Part shown: positions 42,195-49,350 of the stretch, one piece after another | Numbering within the stretch: position 1 is the first letter of the stretch | Layout of the letters: each line of letters begins with the position of its first letter | Virus record (IMG/VR): IMGVR_UViG_2671180676_000008 | Length of the DNA: 49,350 nt | From: a virus | Lineage: Duplodnaviria; Heunggongvirae; Uroviricota; Caudoviricetes | Direction: 5' to 3' (one strand) | Translations under genes and position numbers: made by a program | Notes under the pieces: model-generated | The model's database searches: none | What the model was told of the DNA's origin: nothing | What the model saw: only the letters and a program-made list of their open reading frames with translations

Positions 42195-42679
42195 CGATTA
42201 AAACGTCTACTCCTGCTGTTCCAGAATAACTTCATAAAATGGGAGTATTTTTCGGTGACGAGATAATAAGAACAGTTTGCGCTATCACTCTGATGTTGAA
42301 TGATGCCCTTCCGTTCTAATTTTTTCATAACCGGGTTACGGCAAGGAGAAGTGATAATAAGATTTCCTGTTTTAAGGAAATCTTTAAATACAGCGATTTC
42401 TTTCTCAGATAAACGAAGCAATACTCGTTGCTCTGGTAGTAATGAATAATGCTTTTGAATATGTGCTCGCAATCTTGAGAAGGAAATGGCGACCACGAAA
42501 GAAAAGGCAAAAACGATAATCTGAAAGAGCCAAGGTATTTCAGTATAAGCATTGAATGCGACAGTAAACTCTTTCGGTATCAGCCAGAGAGTGAGACCAA
42601 AAATGATAATCGTATACATAAGTCTTTCGAGTGGCTCGTTAGCAAAAAGTTTCAACAATGGAGTAAATACATCCAACAT
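42191..42679 (-). CDS. sieB: Superinfection exclusion protein SieB
   Basis: Start taken at MLDVFTPLL (162 aa) with N-terminal TM segments, recognised as SieB-like; the ORF track extends to 42802. Confidence 0.85.
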   Translation of the reverse strand: MLDVFTPLLKLFANEPLERLMYTIIIFGLTLWLIPKEFTVAFNAYTEIPWLFQIIVFAFSFVVAISFSRLRAHIQKHYSLLPEQRVLLRLSEKEIAVFKDFLKTGNLIITSPCRNPVMKKLERKGIIQHQSDSANCSYYLVTEKYSHFMKLFWNSRSRRFNR

Positions 42680-43120
42680 ATCAATAACTCTCAACTGTAA
42701 GGGTATTGAAATGTTAACACAAGCTCTCGCTGTAGGGGTATAGCCGAGACCACCGAAGCCCGGAGGTGGTGAAATAAAACCGGGCACAACACGAAGGCGC
42801 ATTTCCGATATCCATAAAGAGTCGGTCTTGTCTGTTAAATTTAAATGGTGGGAGTGCGCCTCCGGTTGTAAATAACGACATTGCTGTGTGTAGTCCTGGC
42901 GGCATCAGTTTTTTTCTTGAAGTTCGGCTGATGTCCGCCCTTTTTAAAGTGAATTTTGTGATGCGGTGAATGCGGCTAAGCGCACGTGGCACAGTTAAAA
43001 GTCATGTTAGTCCTTATTGGTTTGGGTGGGAAAGCCGACTGTAATTGTTAACTGGTTGCAGTCACCTGGAGGCACCAGACACCGCATCAACAAAGTTCAT
43101 TTGTAAAAATGGAGATAATT

Positions 43121-43342
43121 ATGATTGCACATCACTTCGGAACTGATGAAATACCACGTCAGTGTGTGACTCCTGGCGATTATGTTCTTCATGAAGGCCG
43201 GACATATATTGCCTCGGCAAACAATATTAAAAAGCGAAAACTATATATTCGTAACCTGACCACAAAAACATTCATTACTGACCGCATGATTAAAGTCTTC
43301 CTCGGTCGTGATGGTTTACCTGTAAAGGCGGAGTCATGGTGA
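43121..43342 (+). CDS. kilR: Cell-division inhibitor KilR
   Basis: 73 aa from [10 protein letters not shown] with GGAG SD, recognised as KilR-like. Confidence 0.85.
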
Positions 43343-43512
43343 TGACTAAGAAAATAAAATGTGCTTACCACCTTTGCAAAAAAGACGTTGAAGAAAGCAA
43401 AGCTATTGAAAGAATGCTTCACTTCATGCACGGGATTTTATCAAAAGACGAACCGAGAAAATATTGCAGTGAAGCTTGTGCCGAAAAAGACCAGATGGCA
43501 CATGAACTTTAA
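43336..43512 (+). CDS. ydaE: Small Cys-rich protein YdaE
   Basis: Hand translation [14 protein letters not shown]...[14 protein letters not shown] with a zinc-ribbon-like Cys pattern; not in the ORF track. Confidence 0.6.
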
Positions 43513-43586
43513 TTAATTGACTATTCGAAACTGAATTTATGCCAGAAATGGCAGGTATTCGCTCAACCTTAATTAAGGAGAAAAAC

Positions 43587-43862
43587 ATGATTACCAATTA
43601 TGAAGCCACTGTTGTAACTACCGATGACATTGTTCACGAGGTGAATCTGGAAGGAAAGCGCATTGGCTACGTAATTAAAACAGAAAATAAAGAAACCCCA
43701 TTCACTGTGGTTGATATCGATGGTCCATCAGGCAACGTAAAAACACTTGATGAAGGTGTCAAAAAAATGTGCCTGGTGCATATCGGAAAGAATCTGCCCG
43801 CAGAAAAAAAAGCCGAATTTCTGGCAACTCTAATTGCAATGAAATTAAAAGGTGAAATCTGA
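43587..43862 (+). CDS. racC: RacC protein
   Basis: Start at MITNYEATVV preceded by AAGGAG; recognised as RacC-like. Confidence 0.8.
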   Translation: MITNYEATVVTTDDIVHEVNLEGKRIGYVIKTENKETPFTVVDIDGPSGNVKTLDEGVKKMCLVHIGKNLPAEKKAEFLATLIAMKLKGEI

Positions 43863-43963
43863 AAGAAATAGCCTGCGTATGGCGCAGGCTATGAACAGTG
43901 TGTATCCGGCAAGATCATTCACTGAACAAAACGAATTTTAATCTGAGTTGAGGTTAAAAAACA

Positions 43964-46564
43964 ATGAGCACAAAACCACTCTTCCTGTTACGGAAAGCGA
44001 AAAAATCATCCGGTGAACCTGACGTCGTCCTGTGGGCAAGCAACGATTTTGAATCGACCTGTGCCACTCTGGACTACCTGATCGTTAAGTCAGGTAAAAA
44101 ACTGAGCAGCTATTTTAAAGCTGTTGCCACGAATTATCCTGTCGTTAATGACCTGCCCGCTGAAGGTGAGATCGATTTTACCTGGAGTGAACGCTATCAA
44201 CTCAGCAAAGACTCCATGACATGGGAACTAAAACCGGGAGCAGCACCAGACAACGCTCACTATCAAGGCAATACCAACGTCAACGGCGAAGACATGACTG
44301 AGATTGAGGAGAATATGCTACTCCCAATTTCTGGCCAGGAACTGCCCATTCGTTGGCTTGCTCAACACGGCAGCGAAAAACCGGTAACGCACGTTTCACG
44401 CGACGGACTCCAGGCATTACACATTGCTCGGGCTGAAGAACTACCGGCTGTTACTGCCCTGGCTGTTTCCCACAAAACCAGCCTGCTCGACCCGCTGGAA
44501 ATTCGCGAACTCCACAAACTGGTTCGTGACACTGACAAAGTTTTCCCTAATCCTGGTAATTCAAACCTGGGACTGATAACTGCTTTTTTCGAAGCATACC
44601 TGAACGCTGACTACACCGATCGAGGACTGCTGACAAAAGAGTGGATGAAGGGTAATCGTGTTTCACACATCACTCGCACGGCTTCCGGTGCTAATGCTGG
44701 CGGCGGAAACCTCACCGATCGCGGCGAAGGTTTCGTACACGATCTGACGTCACTGGCGCGCGACGTAGCCACTGGCGTACTGGCCCGTTCAATGGATCTG
44801 GACATCTATAACCTTCATCCGGCACACGCTAAACGCATTGAGGAAATTATCGCTGAAAATAAACCGCCCTTTTCTGTTTTCCGCGACAAATTCATCACCA
44901 TGCCTGGCGGGCTGGATTATTCCCGCGCCATCGTGGTTGCGTCCGTAAAAGAAGCACCAATTGGGATCGAGGTCATCCCCGCGCACGTCACTGAATATCT
45001 GAACAAAGTACTGACTGAAACCGATCATGCCAACCCTGATCCGGAAATCGTGGATATTGCCTGCGGTCGCTCCTCTGCCCCGATGCCGCAGCGAGTAACA
45101 GAAGAAGGAAAACAGGATGATGAAGAAAAACCGCAACCATCTGGAACAACGGCAGTTGAACAGGGAGAGGCTGAAACAATGGAACCGGACGCAACTGAAC
45201 ATCATCAGGACACGCAGCCGCTGGATGCTCAGTCACAGGTAAATTCTGTTGATGCGAAATATCAGGAACTGCGGGCAGAACTCCATGAAGCCCGGAAAAA
45301 CATTCCATCAAAAAATCCTGTCGATGACGATAAATTGCTTGCTGCATCACGTGGTGAATTTGTTGACGGAATTAGCGACCCGAACGATCCGAAATGGGTA
45401 AAGGGGATCCAGACTCGCGATTGTGTGTACCAGAACCAGCCAGAAACGGAAAAAACCAGCCCAGATATGAATCAACCTGAGCCAGTAGTGCAACAGGAAC
45501 CGGAAATAGCCTGCAATGCCTGCGGCCAGACTGGCGGGGATAACTGCCCTGACTGTGGTGCGGTGATGGGCGACGCAACATACCAGGAAACATTCGATGA
45601 AGAGAGTCAGGTTGAAGCTAAGGAAAATGATCCGGAGGAAATGGAAGGCGCTGAACATCCGCACAATGAGAATGCTGGCAGCGATCCGCATCGCGATTGC
45701 AGTGATGAAACTGGCGAAGTCGCAGATCCCGTAATCGTAGAAGACATAGAGCCAGGTATTTATTACGGAATTTCGAATGAGAATTACCACGCGGGTCCCG
45801 GTATCAGTAAGTCTCAGCTCGATGACATTGCTGATACTCCGGCACTATATTTGTGGCGTAAAAATGCCCCCGTGGACACCACAAAGACAAAAACGCTCGA
45901 TTTAGGAACTGCTTTCCACTGCCGGGTACTTGAACCGGAAGAATTCAGTAACCGCTTTATCGTAGCACCTGAATTTAACCGCCGTACAAACGCCGGAAAA
46001 GAAGAAGAGAAAGCGTTTCTGATGGAATGCGCAAGCACAGGAAAAACGGTTATCACTGCGGAAGAAGGCCGGAAAATTGAACTCATGTATCAAAGCGTTA
46101 TGGCTTTGCCGCTGGGGCAATGGCTTGTTGAAAGCGCCGGACACGCTGAATCATCAATTTACTGGGAAGATCCTGAAACAGGAATTTTGTGTCGGTGCCG
46201 TCCGGACAAAATTATCCCTGAATTTCACTGGATCATGGACGTGAAAACTACGGCGGATATTCAACGATTCAAAACCGCTTATTACGACTACCGCTATCAC
46301 GTTCAGGATGCATTCTACAGTGACGGTTATGAAGCACAGTTTGGAGTGCAGCCAACTTTCGTTTTTCTGGTTGCCAGCACAACTATTGAATGCGGACGTT
46401 ATCCGGTTGAAATTTTCATGATGGGCGAAGAAGCAAAACTGGCAGGTCAACAGGAATATCACCGCAATCTGCGAACCCTGTCTGACTGCCTGAATACCGA
46501 TGAATGGCCAGCTATTAAGACATTATCACTGCCCCGCTGGGCTAAGGAATATGCAAATGACTAA
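43964..46564 (+). CDS. recE: Exodeoxyribonuclease VIII (RecE)
   Basis: 866-aa ORF, same length as RecE, with an acidic central region and C-terminal nuclease-type domain. Confidence 0.9.
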   Translation: MSTKPLFLLRKAKKSSGEPDVVLWASNDFESTCATLDYLIVKSGKKLSSYFKAVATNYPVVNDLPAEGEIDFTWSERYQLSKDSMTWELKPGAAPDNAHYQGNTNVNGEDMTEIEENMLLPISGQELPIRWLAQHGSEKPVTHVSRDGLQALHIARAEELPAVTALAVSHKTSLLDPLEIRELHKLVRDTDKVFPNPGNSNLGLITAFFEAYLNADYTDRGLLTKEWMKGNRVSHITRTASGANAGGGNLTDRGEGFVHDLTSLARDVATGVLARSMDLDIYNLHPAHAKRIEEIIAENKPPFSVFRDKFITMPGGLDYSRAIVVASVKEAPIGIEVIPAHVTEYLNKVLTETDHANPDPEIVDIACGRSSAPMPQRVTEEGKQDDEEKPQPSGTTAVEQGEAETMEPDATEHHQDTQPLDAQSQVNSVDAKYQELRAELHEARKNIPSKNPVDDDKLLAASRGEFVDGISDPNDPKWVKGIQTRDCVYQNQPETEKTSPDMNQPEPVVQQEPEIACNACGQTGGDNCPDCGAVMGDATYQETFDEESQVEAKENDPEEMEGAEHPHNENAGSDPHRDCSDETGEVADPVIVEDIEPGIYYGISNENYHAGPGISKSQLDDIADTPALYLWRKNAPVDTTKTKTLDLGTAFHCRVLEPEEFSNRFIVAPEFNRRTNAGKEEEKAFLMECASTGKTVITAEEGRKIELMYQSVMALPLGQWLVESAGHAESSIYWEDPETGILCRCRPDKIIPEFHWIMDVKTTADIQRFKTAYYDYRYHVQDAFYSDGYEAQFGVQPTFVFLVASTTIECGRYPVEIFMMGEEAKLAGQQEYHRNLRTLSDCLNTDEWPAIKTLSLPRWAKEYAND

Positions 46565-47366
46565 GCAACCACCAATCGCAAAAGCCGATCTGCAAAAAAC
46601 TCAGGGAAACCGTGCACCAGCAGCAGTTAAAAATAGCGACGTGATTAGTTTTATTAACCAGCCATCAATGAAAGAGCAACTGGCAGCAGCTCTTCCACGC
46701 CATATGACGGCTGAACGTATGATCCGTATCGCCACCACAGAAATTCGTAAAGTTCCGGCGTTAGGAAACTGTGACACTATGAGTTTTGTCAGTGCGATCG
46801 TACAGTGTTCACAGCTCGGACTTGAGCCAGGTAGCGCCCTCGGTCATGCATATTTACTGCCTTTTGGTAATAAAAACGAAAAGAGCGGTAAAAAGAACGT
46901 TCAGCTAATCATTGGCTATCGCGGCATGATTGATCTGGCTCGCCGTTCTGGTCAAATCGCCAGCCTGTCAGCCCGTGTTGTCCGTGAAGGTGACGAGTTT
47001 AGCTTCGAATTTGGCCTTGATGAAAAGTTAATACACCGCCCGGGAGAAAACGAAGATGCCCCGGTTACCCACGTCTATGCTGTCGCAAGACTGAAAGACG
47101 GAGGTACTCAGTTTGAAGTTATGACGCGCAAACAGATTGAGCTGGTGCGCAGCCTGAGTAAAGCTGGTAATAACGGGCCGTGGGTAACTCACTGGGAAGA
47201 AATGGCAAAGAAAACGGCTATTCGTCGCCTGTTCAAATATTTGCCCGTATCAATTGAGATCCAGCGTGCAGTATCAATGGATGAAAAGGAACCACTGACA
47301 ATCGATCCTGCAGATTCCTCTGTATTAACCGGGGAATACAGTGTAATCGATAATTCAGAGGAATAA
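46557..47366 (+). CDS. recT: Single-strand annealing protein RecT
   Basis: Start at [13 protein letters not shown] overlapping the recE 3' end by 8 nt; recognised as RecT-like. Confidence 0.9.
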   Translation: MTKQPPIAKADLQKTQGNRAPAAVKNSDVISFINQPSMKEQLAAALPRHMTAERMIRIATTEIRKVPALGNCDTMSFVSAIVQCSQLGLEPGSALGHAYLLPFGNKNEKSGKKNVQLIIGYRGMIDLARRSGQIASLSARVVREGDEFSFEFGLDEKLIHRPGENEDAPVTHVYAVARLKDGGTQFEVMTRKQIELVRSLSKAGNNGPWVTHWEEMAKKTAIRRLFKYLPVSIEIQRAVSMDEKEPLTIDPADSSVLTGEYSVIDNSEE

Positions 47367-47422
47367 TTCAGCCTGGCGGTGTAATGCACCGCCAACTTGA
47401 AATATTTTTTATGAGAAAAATT

Positions 47423-47617
47423 ATGAGATATGACAATGTTAAACCATGTCCATTTTGTGGTTGTCCATCAGTAACGGTGAAAGCCATTTCAGGATATTAC
47501 CGAGCGAAGTGTAACGGATGCGAATCCCGAACCGGTTATGGTGGAAGTGAAAAAGAAGCACTCGAAAGATGGAATAAACGAACCGCTGGAAATAATAATG
47601 GAGGTGTTCATGTATAA
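47423..47617 (+). CDS. ralR: Restriction alleviation protein Lar/RalR
   Basis: MRYDNVKPCPFCGCPS...CNGCESRTG zinc-ribbon-like small protein, recognised as RalR-like. Confidence 0.8.
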   Translation: MRYDNVKPCPFCGCPSVTVKAISGYYRAKCNGCESRTGYGGSEKEALERWNKRTAGNNNGGVHV

Positions 47618-47819
47618 AATTACCGCCACTATTGAAAAGGAAGGTGGCACTCCTACTAACTGGACAAGATATTCAAAATCTAAACTAACGAAATCAGAAT
47701 GCGAAAAAATGCTCTCAGGTAAAAAAGAAGCAGGCGTTTCCAGAGAGCAGAAAGTAAAACTGATAAATTTTAATTGCGAGAAACTTCAGTCCTCGAGAAT
47801 TGCATTGTATTCAAATTAA
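47610..47819 (+). CDS. ydaC: Small protein YdaC
   Basis: Start at MYKITATIEK preceded by GGAGG; sits between ralR and xis. Confidence 0.7.
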   Translation: MYKITATIEKEGGTPTNWTRYSKSKLTKSECEKMLSGKKEAGVSREQKVKLINFNCEKLQSSRIALYSN

Positions 47820-47897
47820 AACTTCATAGCTGATTATTAATAATCAACATCGGGCGTCAATTTCAGTCTAACATTGGCGCCTGCCAGAGGTGATGCG

Positions 47898-48113
47898 ATG
47901 GCACAAGTAATCTTTAATGAAGAGTGGATGGTTGAATACGGCCTGATGCTTCGCACTGGTCTGGGGGCCAGACAAATTGAAGCATACCGCCAGAACTGTT
48001 GGGTGGAGGGCTTCCACTTCAAACGAGTATCTCCTTTAGGTAAGCCAGACAGCAAACGAGGGATTATCTGGTACAACTATCCAAAGATAAATCAGTTTAT
48101 CAAAGACTCATGA
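47898..48113 (+). CDS. xisR: Excisionase-like protein (YdaQ/XisR)
   Basis: 71 aa from [10 protein letters not shown] with GAGG SD; directly upstream of the integrase. Confidence 0.75.
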   Translation: MAQVIFNEEWMVEYGLMLRTGLGARQIEAYRQNCWVEGFHFKRVSPLGKPDSKRGIIWYNYPKINQFIKDS

Positions 48114-48114
48114 T

Positions 48115-49350
48115 ATGTCTAAATTACCAACAGGTGTCGAGATTAGAGGTAGATACATTCGCATCTGGTTCATGTTTCGAGGAAAACGATGTCGGGAAAC
48201 ATTAAAAGGCTGGGAGATTACAAACAGTAATATTAAAAAGGCCGGAAATTTAAGAGCGCTGATAGTTCATGAAATAAACTCCGGTGAATTTGAGTATTTA
48301 AGACGTTTTCCCCAGTCCAGCACTGGGGCAAAAATGGTGACAACGAGAGTCATAAAAACGTTCGGAGAGCTTTGTGATATCTGGACAAAAATTAAAGAGA
48401 CAGAGTTAACAACAAACACAATGAAGAAAACGAAATCACAATTAAAAACACTCAGAATAATAATTTGTGAAAGTACCCCGATATCACATATTCGTTATAG
48501 CGATATCTTAAACTACCGGAATGAACTGCTGCATGGAGAAACGCTTTACCTGGATAATCCAAGATCCAACAAAAAAGGAAGAACCGTGCGCACAGTTGAT
48601 AACTATATCGCCCTGCTCTGTTCGCTGTTGCGTTTTGCGTATCAGTCGGGATTTATATCAACCAAACCATTTGAAGGAGTAAAAAAATTACAGCGAAACA
48701 GAATAAAGCCTGATCCGTTATCTAAAACAGAATTCAATGCATTAATGGAAAGTGAAAAAGGACAGAGCCAGAACTTGTGGAAATTTGCCGTTTACTCAGG
48801 ACTTCGTCACGGGGAACTGGCAGCTCTGGCGTGGGAGGATGTGGATCTCGAAAAGGGAATAGTGAATGTCAGAAGAAACCTGACGATACTTGATATGTTC
48901 GGTCCCCCAAAAACAAATGCCGGGATCCGAACAGTAACACTACTGCAGCCTGCTCTTGAAGCACTGAAGGAGCAATACAAACTGACCGGGCATCATCGCA
49001 AAAGCGAAATCACCTTTTATCATCGGGAGTACGGCAGAACCGAAAAGCAAAAACTGCATTTTGTTTTCATGCCCAGGGTGTGTAACGGAAAACAAAAACC
49101 TTATTACTCGGTAAGCAGTTTGGGGGCAAGGTGGAATGCAGCAGTAAAACGTGCTGGTATTCGCCGCCGTAATCCGTACCATACGCGGCATACTTTTGCC
49201 TGCTGGCTGTTGACGGCAGGAGCGAACCCGGCATTTATAGCCAGCCAAATGGGGCATGAAACTGCGCAGATGGTGTATGAAATTTACGGTATGTGGATTG
49301 ATGACATGAACGACGAACAGATAGCCATGTTGAATGCGCGGTTATCGTAG
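48115..49350 (+). CDS. intR: Tyrosine integrase
   Basis: 411-aa ORF with tyrosine-recombinase C-terminal motifs (HTRHTFACWLL...MGHE...Y); ends at the window edge. Confidence 0.9.
   Translation: MSKLPTGVEIRGRYIRIWFMFRGKRCRETLKGWEITNSNIKKAGNLRALIVHEINSGEFEYLRRFPQSSTGAKMVTTRVIKTFGELCDIWTKIKETELTTNTMKKTKSQLKTLRIIICESTPISHIRYSDILNYRNELLHGETLYLDNPRSNKKGRTVRTVDNYIALLCSLLRFAYQSGFISTKPFEGVKKLQRNRIKPDPLSKTEFNALMESEKGQSQNLWKFAVYSGLRHGELAALAWEDVDLEKGIVNVRRNLTILDMFGPPKTNAGIRTVTLLQPALEALKEQYKLTGHHRKSEITFYHREYGRTEKQKLHFVFMPRVCNGKQKPYYSVSSLGARWNAAVKRAGIRRRNPYHTRHTFACWLLTAGANPAFIASQMGHETAQMVYEIYGMWIDDMNDEQIAMLNARLS

Noticed and set aside
42714-42992. 92-aa ORF overlapping the sieB upstream region
   Set aside because: It overlaps the N-terminal extension of the sieB ORF, has no RBS and no recognisable features.
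44611-46462. Multiple ORFs on the - strand antisense to recE
   Set aside because: They are embedded in a confidently recognised 866-aa recE and have no start signals or motifs.
49300-49350. Attachment site at the prophage end
   Set aside because: The integrase stop coincides with the window edge, so the att core and the host junction lie outside the window.

Overview
The window is a nearly complete Rac-like lambdoid prophage of Escherichia coli, read right-to-left. The integrase is at the right edge on the + strand and the structural and lysis modules are on the - strand. All calls rest on reading the supplied ORF translations and the raw sequence; no searches were run. Order from the right: int, xis, ydaC, ralR(lar), recT, recE, racC, ydaE, kilR, sieB, ydaF/ydaG, racR repressor, then ydaS-ydaT-ydaU-ydaV (immunity/replication), two unknown proteins, an AT-rich cargo island, nin-like genes and antiterminator Q, a membrane-protein moron, the lysis cassette (holin, lambda R-like endolysin, Rz with embedded Rz1), trkG, a ParB-like nuclease and a GT-A-like protein, then a full head and tail module (terS, terL, portal, capsid, G/GT chaperone with a -1 frameshift site, tape measure, M, L, K, I, J, lom, stf, tfa). 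The main finding is the cargo island at about 32.3-37.2 kb: a translationally coupled three-gene operon encoding an adenosine-deaminase-family protein, a Ham1/ITPase-like protein and a SIR2-like protein, next to a divergent TetR-like regulator. I read this as a nucleotide-signalling/NAD-depletion anti-phage system; from memory the architecture matches the recently reported Kongming (KomABC) system, which needs checking. Other morons sit in the classic slots (Q-S, Rz-terS, J-stf), and the early-left operon carries known exclusion and anti-restriction genes (sieB, ralR, kilR). No rRNA, tRNA or CRISPR array was found.
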